Assembly: GCA_977017575.1 (NCBI GenBank)
Contig: CDRNVI010000148.1
Span: 62,001-126,000 of the forward strand
Direction of reading: 5' to 3'
Origin: Paramoeba atlantica
Lineage: Eukaryota > Protista > Discosea
DNA: 64,000 nt
Each line of letters begins with the position of its first letter. Position 1 is the stretch's first letter. Positions 33,901 through 44,323 of this stretch are shown here, one piece after another. Made by a program: the position numbers and the translations under genes. A model generated the notes under the pieces. It saw only the letters and a program-made list of their open reading frames with translations. It had not been told where the DNA came from and did no database searches.

Positions 33901-36900
33901 AATCACAGATCGATTCTTATCCTTTACCTTCTTTGTCCCAGAACCTTTAAAAAATCCAAATATTTCTTCTTTTTGTCCCTCTTTTACCTTTTCTACTCCC
34001 CCCTCCTCTCCTCCTTCCTTGTCCTTCTTTTTGTCCTTCTTCTTCTCTTTTTTCTTTTCCTTTTCCTTTTCATTCTCTTTTCCTCCTTCACCTTTCCCTT
34101 TCCTTGATCTCAATGGAGATCGATTTGTAAGTCGAGAAGCAGAATTCCGGCGTCCAAGAGTTGCAACTGAATAAGATTTTGACGGTAAAGTGGGAGAACT
34201 TTCATTCATTTTGATGGACACCACAGAATCTTCTCTTTGACGAGGAGGAGAATCAATCATTGGATCATGGTGGTGTCGATTTAAAAGAATCTCGCTCCCC
34301 CCAAGATCAGGACTTGCACTCTTCCCAAGTCTCCTTTCTGAATTGGATAAAGGGGTGTTCGTTTCCGAGCTCTTTGCAAGTTCCGGAGATAAACTGCCAG
34401 GATCTAAACTCTTTCTTACATCCCTTGGAGAACTAAATCCTGGTCGAACTGGAGAAAGCATTGTTTCACGTGTTGATGAAAGTATCTCCGCTCTCTTGAC
34501 AGTTTTCCACTTTGCATCAGATGGGCCCTCTTCGCTTCCAGTAGGCGAGGGTGAGTCAACGGAGGGTGAGCCAATGGAGGGTGAGTCAATGCCAGTTTCA
34601 TTTGAATTCTTTCTTGGCACACCTCTTGAACGGGATGTTTTTCTCCGAGGAGAAAAAGAAACCATTGAAAAGAGGGGAGTTGAAGGAGAGGAACAAGGAG
34701 GAGTGGTCCTAAACCCTTCTTTCGAATTTGGAATTCGAGATTCAAAAGCTTCTAAAAGAAGACTCAAGATTGGGAGAAAATCCTAAAAAAAAAGAAGAAA
34801 ATTATCAATTATAAGCAATGAACAAAAAGCAGATTTGGAGAAATGGAGAGAGAGAGAGAAAAAGTTGACCTGAAGGTCATGGGTATCAGAAGAAAAGGGC
34901 TCTAGCAAATCAGAAACTTCAGACATCAAATTCTTCGCAGCGATTTGGATCGACAATTTTTCTTCATGAACCTGATAATCAATAATATTTTGTGAGAAAA
35001 TGAAAAAAAAAAAAAAGGGAAAGAGAAGAAAAGAAAAGAGTACTTTCATAATATGTGTTAGCAAACCAATCATTCCAACGGAAATCTGAGTCAAACCATT
35101 CCAACTTGCTTCTTCAAAATGGGAATGTAATTCTTTCAAAAAGTTTGTCAACAATTAAAAAAAATCAGATCTATTACAACTCAAAAAAGGATTAAAACCT
35201 TGAAAAACTGTGGAAAGTTCTTCACTGTTTTCACAAATCTTCGAATACAAATACACCCGTTCAGAAATCACCGAGGAAAGTTTCTCAAAACTCATCCCGA
35301 GAGGGAAGTGTTCTTTTAGATACAGGACCCAACAAGAGAAAGAGAGGGGGGGGGGGAAAGAAAGAGAAAGAGAAAGAAAGAAGAAAGAGAAAGAAAGGAG
35401 AAAAACGAAAGGTCAAAAAAAGAAAAGGTCAAAAAAGAAAAAGAGATTCCCAGAAAATCACCGCCTGCTTCAGCCACAAAAAGAAAATTCTGCGGTAACT
35501 GGTGGTGTCCCAAACAAAACGAAGGGACACCATTTCCCTTTTCGTTTTTTCGAGGTAAAAATTTTGAATTTCTGTTTTTTCAAATTTAGTTTTTGAGTAA
35601 ATTTGAAAAAAATATTAAAAATTTGTGTGGTTTTTTGGATCTGTGTTTCAAATTTTTTTCTTTCCCATTTTCAAATGAAAAATCCAAAATTAAAATAAAA
35701 ATGTTTTATTTGATTTTTTTCCTTCTTTTTCTTTTCCCAACCAACAACAGTCTCACCCTTCGTGAGTCGCAGGTAAGGTTTGGACAAAACCCATCATCGT
35801 CGGATCAAGATCGATCATCTTTTCATAAGGAGATTTTTGGAAAAATTGGATTTCCTGGATCGTTCGAGCAGCTTTCCGAAACTTAGCAAAATTGAGGAGT
35901 TTTGGATCCGAATCTGCAATCCATGTTTGTTGTTCGAGAGTCTCTGTAAAGTTGGCTAACGAAAACTTAAAGTTCGGGATTGAAGGAAGCTTCTTTTCTT
36001 CCAAAACAGAACGATAAGTGACGTAGTGGTTGGTTGGAGAAAGGAGATCATTCAACTCTTTTAAGTGTTTCACTCCTTTGTGGATCAGAGACTTATTTTC
36101 ACGAGAACTCAGCACAACAGCTTCAAAGAGGGTGAAGACACCAAAAACGTTCCTCAGGCGTCGGCAGTGTTCCATAATTTCGAGAAATTTTTTGATGATT
36201 GCAGTCTTTGGGACATACTTTTCAATTTCAACTTTCACCCATTCATTCACAGCAACAATTCGCTTTGAGATGAGAAGTTCAGATGGTTTAGATAACGCAA
36301 CTCGAGGATCAATCAACTTATACAATCGAATGTCGTAAAGAGTCCATTGCTTAGCAATCACGGAACTGCTCATATCCAATAAATCCCATTTGGTTGACTC
36401 AGGAATCACATAGATTCGCGGTTTTGTTACAGTTGCAGCGCCAGTTGTTTTTCTCTCCAGAGTTTGAATGAGATTTTGAACTTGGCTCTCTTGGAGAATC
36501 GATTTTAAGGAAGAGATAAATTTCTTTGCGTTGGCTTTGAGGTCAGGGTTGTCTCGAAAATCTTGAGGAACACAACTCACCCAAACTTTCATCAGATTAA
36601 AACATCGAGTCATTAGATTCTTCTTCTCGTCTTCAGGAGATTCTCCCTCACCATCTTCTTCACCACCAGCAGCAGCAGGGTCACTCAATGAAGAAGGAGG
36701 AGTACTAATATTTTGGAGGAGATCAACTCCTTTCAGAAACGCAGGGTAGACACAAAGGAGGTCAATCGCAAAAGACGGGTCAGGGTTCATCTTCGATAAT
36801 AAACTTCCAAGAAGTTGAGGGATCGTTCCAGCGATAATTATATTTGCTCGTAAAATCAATTCCTTATTTTCCCCCTCTAAATTTCCAAGTTCTCCCTCTT

Positions 36901-37381
36901 CACCTTCTTTTTCTTTTTCTTTTGCTTTTTCTAATTCTTTCTCTCTCTCTCTTTCTTCCTTCATTTTTGCTTCTTTCTTTGCAATCCTTTGCCCATAATC
37001 TTTATTCTCTGCTCGAAGGACATTAATTTGCTCTTTCAACTGTTCTGGATCATGAGGGATAAACGAAAGATTAATTCGATTTTCTTCTGCTAATTTCATC
37101 ACTGCAGCTGTTCGATATCCCCTCAACTTTCGTTTTAACCGAAGGACTTGTTCTGAAACAGTAGATAAAGTTTGTCTCATATGTTCATATTTCGATAAAA
37201 TTTTTGTTTGTTGTTCTTCGAGAAACGCAATTCGATCCAGCATCTCAACCTTTTCTGGGTCGACTTCTTCACCCCCCTCCCAATTTTTTACAACCTCATC
37301 ATCAAACCCAGTCACAGATTTTTCGAGTTCCGCAATCTGGCGATATAAATCACTTCCAATTTCGCTGATTGGGTGAGACAT
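30929..37381 (-). CDS. Large RasGEF with probably two REM+CDC25 modules (divergent N-terminal module, S/P-rich linker, canonical C-terminal module)
   Basis: ORF 35753-37381: coiled coil, IIAGTIPQLL..FAIDLLCVYPAF, VWVSCVPQDF, IAKQWTLYDIRLYKLI, LLNFAKFRK (divergent GEF). Downstream exons: AFFLTYTRFATAFEVV, KCWIDTN, EIAKSITFEEFDLF, NSTRISTW/VTSEL, ELNNLS, PCIPYIGAHLSDLTFLDDGN..INFKK. An in-frame GTGAGA..CAG junction (about 35757 to 35572) links the halves, but two separate genes cannot be excluded. Confidence 0.8.
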
Positions 37382-37717
37382 ATTATATTCTCTCTCTCTG
37401 ATCGATCAGCTTTCTTTTTTCTTCGCACACCCTCTCTCTCTCTCTCTCTCGCAAAAAAAAAAAAAGGAAAACCCAACAGAACACACACAAAGAAACACAA
37501 AAACACAAAAAAATCACAGCCAAAAAAAAACAAAACGCTTTTTTCGAAACAACAGTAAAAAAAGACTCGAAATCGAAAATAAAGTACAACGAAAAAAAGA
37601 GTGCTTTTTATTATTTCTTTTGAGCGAAACAAACAAATGAGTCGAAAGAAAATGAGGAGGGGGGAGAAAGGGAGAGAGAGAGAGAGAGAGAGAATGTGTT
37701 GGTTTGCGATGAAAAAA

Positions 37718-39916
37718 TTAATTGGTTACAGTGAAAGTCCCTGTGAAAATCACAATCGGACCGTCCCGCCTTTCAGTGACCGACAAGAGGGTACCGAAAT
37801 TGTGTCCATCTTTATGACGAGCAGTCACAATTCGTCCTTTACCGACGACCACAGATTCAGAAGCTTTCTTCTTTCCGTCTGCATAATTTTTGAGAAGTTT
37901 TCCGTGGATATTGTGAATTTCACCGCTGGGAATGAGCTCATTCACATCTCGACCAATCAATTCTTTGTCACTGAACCCAAACAGCTCTTGCGCTGGTTTG
38001 TTGAAAGCACGAACAATAGCATCGGAAGTAATAACACAAGCAGGGATAAGTAATTGGTCAATAACGTCGGTCTGTTGCTTCAAGACAGCAGAGTCGGCCA
38101 CAGAACGATCTTGTTTTGAAAGGACTTGGATAATTCCAGTAAAGATCTTGTCGCCAGATTTTTCAGCAGCCAGTGTCACGGAAAGCATGCACTCTAATTT
38201 GTTTCCATATCGATCTTGTCCAGTCACATTTCGACCTTTCCCAACAACACTGGAACTTCCTCCAGGTCCTCTCCCTTGTCCAGTTTTCGCGAAATTGGAA
38301 ACATAAGAGGTGTGGTTGTCGTATGTCTCACCAGGAGGGATCAACATTCGGACATTGTGGCCAAGAATTTCAGAAATAGTATATCCGAAAACCTCACGAG
38401 CAGCCCCGTTCATCTCCTGAACGATTCCTTGTTCGTCAATAATCAATGCAGGGATCACCAAAGTCGAGATAACATCTCTCTGAGTCTGCAATACCGTCCC
38501 TCCACTAACTTTTTCTTGTGATTTAAATTGAAGGATGTAATATGGCGTTCCATCAATTTCACGATGAGAAAACTCAACAATCTTCGCAATAAGAGTACTC
38601 TTCTTAGTGTAACAAATCACATCTCGAGAGTTGTTGACTAACAATCCTCCTCTGATTCCACGAAGAGTCCCAACATAATCTGAGAGCAAATCTTCCCCAG
38701 TTGTACTGGAGATAGCAGGGCAAATAACAGATGCGGAGACTCCAAGCAAGGAGCCTGCGTCGTGCAAAAACGCCTCATACGACTTAGGGTTCGAGTACTG
38801 AATAACTCCGTCGGTATTGACCACGACCACAGGGTCTGGGTAACGATCAAAAGCGCTGAAAAGAGGCTGCAAATCCTTTACTTGGACGCTACCTCCAACT
38901 CCTCGCTCGCCACCTTGAATTTCTTGGACGATCGCAGTAAAAGTCACATCGGTTTCAGAAAGCGACAACCACACATCAAAGAGTTTGCCTTCTTTCGACT
39001 TGGCAACCACTTTTCGGCCTTTCCCAATAATTCGACTGTTTCCTTCACGACGATATCTCCTAAGGTACCGACTATGATTTTTAGCATCATCTTCGTTCAT
39101 TAACATCCTCACATTACGTCCAATAACTTCCTCTCGATCAAATCCAAACATATCCTCAGCCGACGCATTAAAAAATTGAATCGTTCCTTTTCGATCCGCA
39201 ACAATCACACCATCAACAAAATTTTCCAAAACACCAAAATCTTCTCCTGAATCAGACTCAGATTTTTTTGACTTGGAGGACGATGACTTGGAGGATGACT
39301 TTCCCTTCTTCTTCCTTCGAGCCGAAAAGACTGTCAATTTGACTCTTCCTTTTCTGGCAGCTGTAAGAACGGCTTGAATATCCTCATTGTTTCGCAAAGT
39401 CACCATATCCCCATCTTCATCTCGATACTTTGCAGAATAACCAGAGCCAAACTCTTTCGCAAGTTTCGATGAGAAGGAGTCAAAAGTTTCATTGGAACTT
39501 AAAAGGAGTGTTCGAATTTCATCTTTGAAAACACACTTGACTCTGAGATTTCCTGAACTACTGCTGCTGCTGCTTGGCGCGGCTGAGTGACCCGCCTGTG
39601 ATGATCCGTGCTGCGAGCCTGAGTCTTCCGAGCCATCGTGGCTCTGTGATGCTTGCTTTGTTCCTCGAAGGGTCGCAACTTTTCGAAGAATCTTTTTTCT
39701 ATGACCCATTCGTTCGATTGGGATCGCAATCAGATCGTCTTCATCAATATCAGCGAGCATTTCACCGTCCACCTCGTTGAAGAAGAAAACATCACGATAT
39801 TGAGAAAGGTTAATTGAATTTAACCAAAGACCGACTTCAACAACATCCCAATCGGCGATGTTCTTGTTTTTGATGAAGTCCAAACTATCTTTTCCATCCT
39901 TCTTTCCTTTGAACAT
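37718..39916 (-). CDS. Intronless SAM - PB1 - PAS x4 protein (FixL-type heme-PAS signatures, no catalytic output domain)
   Basis: SAM: WDVVEVGLWLNSINLSQYRDVF..VDGEML..MGHRKKIL. PB1: RVKCVFKDEIR..KYRDEDGDMVTL. PAS1: DGVIVADRKGTIQFFNASAEDMFGF..IGRNVRMLM..NHSRYLRRY..IIGKGR. PAS3 and PAS4 have the same H..Y/L and VVGKGR; PAS2 is degenerate. Confidence 0.92.
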   Translation of the reverse strand: MFKGKKDGKDSLDFIKNKNIADWDVVEVGLWLNSINLSQYRDVFFFNEVDGEMLADIDEDDLIAIPIERMGHRKKILRKVATLRGTKQASQSHDGSEDSGSQHGSSQAGHSAAPSSSSSSSGNLRVKCVFKDEIRTLLLSSNETFDSFSSKLAKEFGSGYSAKYRDEDGDMVTLRNNEDIQAVLTAARKGRVKLTVFSARRKKKGKSSSKSSSSKSKKSESDSGEDFGVLENFVDGVIVADRKGTIQFFNASAEDMFGFDREEVIGRNVRMLMNEDDAKNHSRYLRRYRREGNSRIIGKGRKVVAKSKEGKLFDVWLSLSETDVTFTAIVQEIQGGERGVGGSVQVKDLQPLFSAFDRYPDPVVVVNTDGVIQYSNPKSYEAFLHDAGSLLGVSASVICPAISSTTGEDLLSDYVGTLRGIRGGLLVNNSRDVICYTKKSTLIAKIVEFSHREIDGTPYYILQFKSQEKVSGGTVLQTQRDVISTLVIPALIIDEQGIVQEMNGAAREVFGYTISEILGHNVRMLIPPGETYDNHTSYVSNFAKTGQGRGPGGSSSVVGKGRNVTGQDRYGNKLECMLSVTLAAEKSGDKIFTGIIQVLSKQDRSVADSAVLKQQTDVIDQLLIPACVITSDAIVRAFNKPAQELFGFSDKELIGRDVNELIPSGEIHNIHGKLLKNYADGKKKASESVVVGKGRIVTARHKDGHNFGTLLSVTERRDGPIVIFTGTFTVTN

Positions 39917-40628
39917 GGCGAGAAACCAAACCAACAAAGAGAAACCAAAACCAAAAACGAAAAAACCAAAAACCAAACAAAAAAAAAATAATTGTTTGTT
40001 CCAACGACGAAAAAAATTCGATTTTTTTTGAAATAATTCGAATTTTTATTTTCGAGTATTTTTAATCAAATAAATTATTACAAATTGAGAACAAAACCGC
40101 AAATTGCTCGATTCGTACTGAAAAAGATGACGTCAATGTATTGGACCAACTGCTGTGACAACATTTGCTCGGAAGAAGAAAGAGGGTTCGTCCCTCCCTC
40201 CACACCAATTCTTCAGACACCAAACACAAAACAAAACAAAATTTAGAAAGAAAAAAAACAAACACAATCCAAATTGGTCCCCCAATGAGCTTTTTTATCT
40301 TTTTTTTTGGGGGTTCCCTTTCGAACATTTGATTGAGCACAAATATTTCAAGAACAAAAATTTCCTTTGTCAAAACTTTATTTTGGTAGCTTCTTTTATT
40401 TCTTGATTCATCATCGATCTTGAAACGGCAAAATTTTAGAGAAAAAAGGATTCCATTTTTGGAAATCATCACAGTTTTTAAGAACATAGCAAAAAGTCGA
40501 ACCAAGCTCAATCACCGTATCAAAAAATCCTTTTTTGTTGTGTTTTTTGGTTGCATTTTTTTTTTCTTTTCCTCTCTCCTTCCTCTCTTCTCTCTTCTTT
40601 TCCATGAACACGTCTGAGAAAAAAGAGA

Positions 40629-43600
40629 ATGGCTGACCCCCTTCTTGCCTACTCCTTTCGAAAGGGTGTTTTCTTTTTTATGTTTGGGTGGTTGGTGTAC
40701 AGTTTGCTTTCTGTCTCGAGAGAGCATGAGATTCTTGATCCTTATTTTGTTCTGTCTTGGGGTGTGGTCATTTTGGCTTTTGGACAATCTCTTGAAAGTG
40801 AAAGAGATTTTGTTCCTTTTCAAGTTTTTTATGGTATTGCGTGGTGTGTTTCATCCATCTCTTTTGTTTTCTTTTGGTATTTTCTTATCGCTCACAGTTT
40901 CGAAACGAGGTAACTTTTTCTTCCATTCATCCCCCTTCCTTCCCTTTCATTCTTTTTGATCTTTTTTTTTTTTTGTTTTCACAGTGATTGTTGTTCTGAT
41001 GCTGTGTTATGGATTTCTCGAACCATTACTTTTCTTTCACCTCTTTTCTTTTTGCTGATCGACATCATTCTTTCAACGAAAGAGATCTGCATTGCCTTTC
41101 AGTTGTTCCCACAAGTTTTCTTTTCCTTTCATTTTTTATTTTTTATTTTTTATTTTTTTATTTTTGTCAATTATTTTTCCTTGAAACTTTCTTCTGACCC
41201 AGAAAATATTTGTGTAGTTTCGTTTTTTTCGCCCTCTTTTCTCCATTTTGATGAGTTGGTTGATTTTTTTTGCTGAAGAAGCTTTCAACTCTCCCTTTAC
41301 CACTCATTTTTCATTAAACGTTGCCCCGTTTTTGACCATCACCATGATTTCTTCAACTCTATCTGCTTTGGGCCTTTATATTTTTCTGAATCAAGTGAGT
41401 CCTCGACATGTTCTTGAACGTTCATCTTCTCGGGAGCGTCTTCTTCCTTCTGAAAAAGAATTGGTGACAGAAGGAAAGGAGGACATGATGGGTCTTTCCT
41501 CAAGTTGAATATTTTTTCCCTTTCTCTGTTCTTTTTTCGTCAATCGATCTTTATTTTAACCAAACTTAATTCCAGGTGAACCAATCTCCACTGCAACTGT
41601 TTATTCTTCTGGTGGTTTTGGAACAATAGAGTATCATGGTTTTCCTTTCCTTTTGAATTTTTTTATTATTAGTATTCAGTCCTCTAATTTATTTTGTGCC
41701 TTCAGATGAAAAGATGCCCAGGAGTGCGCTCATCTCTTCCACATCCTCATCTCCAAAATATACTTCAACTAAAACAAATTCTTCTTCGCCCACCACACAC
41801 GACAATCCTTCATCTCAACAGCATCTCCCAAAACATCCATCAACACCTTCAAATTACTATCCAATCCCATCCGCTTCACCACCACCATCATCATCACCAT
41901 CAATCCAATCACCTCTTTTGACAGCTCCTGTTTCTCCTTCTTTTTCTCGATCACATTCACACCCAATACCATCTCCATCCGCCGTCTCTCCATTCCCAAT
42001 GGTCATTGTATCATCTTCATCATCATCCACACTAAATGACCCTCCTGAATTGACTCTTCACCAATCGAATCCAAATCTTCAATCTGAGGTCAAGGCTCTC
42101 CTCCGGAAAAAGAGAGGACGATCATCAACACTAACTGAGGTGTTTTATTGTGTTTTTTTTTTGACCCATATTTTGATTCTTTATTTTCTTTTTAACCTCT
42201 CCTTTTTCTCAGACTTTTGATAATATGCTGAGTGGATCTGAATTAGAACCCCGTCTTGAAAATTCGTTTGGGTTTTCTTTTTTTTTCTTTCACCTCACCA
42301 CTACAACAACTTATTTTTGTTCTTTAGGACTCCAGGAAGGAGTTCTTCAAGTACCGATGAATTTCCTCCACTGATTTTCGAGTCAAAATTGGAAGAAACT
42401 TATTTACCCATTCCCCCCCAACATACAGATCGATATTCAACTTTCATCGAGGTCAGAGGCATTTTTTAATCTTTCTTCTCATTTTAAAAATTCTCATCGT
42501 TATGGTGGATAGGAGCTTCGTGACTCTCAGTCAAAACTTGTATTTGATGTTTACACACTTATATTTAATCAGGTTATTTCTCTTTTTTTATTTTTCTTTC
42601 TCTCTCTGGGATTCATTGTCTTATTTTTTTTGCGATAGACACCAACAGAAGATCCTGAGGTGATTGCGAGACATGAACAATTGATGAATTCTCTCATTGT
42701 GGTCTTCGAGGTTTACTTTCTTTTTTTTTTCTTGGTTTGTTCATCCTATTGTCGTTCGTTCCCTCTCAATTCTTGTGTAGGCTGACCATAAATCACCTCT
42801 TCTTCTCCAATCCTTTGTTGAGTATGAACTTCTATCATGGTTCTTTTTTTCACTTTTGTCTGGTTCTTGATGTGTTTTTTCGATCCCACTGATAAGTTTC
42901 TTTCCACAGCGAGATGAAAGCCATGTTATTTCGCGAAGAAAGGTATTTTTTTTACCAAAAAAATTACTTTTCTTTTGGCTTCTGATAATAATTTGATTTT
43001 TTTTTTTTAAATTAAGTTTATCCGGTCGATTATTTCAAAAATACAATCGATATGTAAGTTCAGATTACATTGAACTTGTTCTTTTCTCTTCGATTCAATC
43101 TGTACTTTCAGAACCTAAACTTGACCCCACTCTTGGTAAAAAAAAATTAAGTTTCTTCACCCAGAATTGGATATGAATTTGGAATGACTTTTCTTTTGGT
43201 CAGATGAAGGGGAAAGATTGACAAGAAAAACAAAACACCTCGTTCGATCGATCATTGCAACGCAAATTCCTGCACCAATCCAGGTTTGATCATCTCCTTT
43301 TTGCTCTGTCTTTCCTTTTTTTTTTTTGGTTGAAATTTGGTTTTAGTCAACTTGTGCTTATCTTGCTTCTCGAGTGACAAGTCTTTTTCCTGAGGAGAGC
43401 ACCTCTCTTGTTCCTCAATGTCTCGCATCTTTTATGTTCCTTCATCTTTATTGCCCAGCTGTAGTCTTTCCAGAACGTTTTGGTTTGGTGGGTTTGAACA
43501 TCTCAGATGAGGTTCCAAAACAAAGAAGAGTCTCTTTTTTTTGTTTCAACTAACTTGATATTTCATCAAGGCAAGAGGAAAACTTGTTTTATTGTCGAAG

Positions 43601-43972
43601 TCTCTCTTTTATCTTGCACTTGGGATTGATTCGTCTTGTCCGGAAGCAGGTATTTTTTTTGATTTTTAATTTTATGCACACCTAACGCAGCTTTTTTTTT
43701 TCACTTCTTAGAGCTTGCTGTTTTCGACTCTCTTTCTCAAGACCTTGGAGAGGAGTTCCAAGAATTTTTAGGAAGGCTCTCTTCCGTCCAAAGGTTTCTC
43801 TCTCTCTTGTTTCTCTTTTGTTTGTTACAAAGAAAAAATTTTGTTCTTATCCCCACACAGCGGAGCGCCACCTCAGAACAGAACAATCAGTCAGTTCGAA
43901 CTTCAAACAGAAATTGATTTCTTGAGGCCCTTCCAATATTTATACAACCAACCCAAAGAATTTGATGGTTGA
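40629..43972 (+). CDS. RasGAP-domain protein with a predicted N-terminal multi-pass membrane domain and S/P-rich linker (~16 exons)
   Basis: C-terminal exons give MLFREE(S)LSGR (arginine-finger motif), YIELVLFSSIQSVL..KLDP, FMFLHLYCPAVVFPERFGL, KLVLLSKSL (RasGAP). The 5' exons have about 5-6 hydrophobic helices. All junctions splice in frame, including 41504-41575 and about 41639-41705. The GAP part is secure; the fusion is less so. Confidence 0.75.
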
Positions 43973-44323
43973 AACAAAGGAAAAAAAAGGAAAAAAAAAG
44001 GAAAAAAAGGAAAAAAAAAAAGGAAAAACGAACGTGGTCAATGTGTGGAATCTACAAAAGGACGAAAATCTGTCAGATCATCGGATAAGATTTAAAAATC
44101 CGAATTTGATTTGACGACCTTTTTTTTTTGCGTCGAAAAACTTCTCGCTTTTTTTTCTTTTTTGTTTGGTCGGCCGGTGAGACCTTTTTTGTGTTGGTTT
44201 TTGTGTTGGTTTTTCAGTTTTGGCTGTTGGTTCGAGTTGGTTTTTTTGGGTTGTTTGATTTTTTTCTTCTTCTTTTTTTTTTTTTTTTTTGGGTTTTGTG
44301 TTTCAGATGAAGAATCAAAGAAC

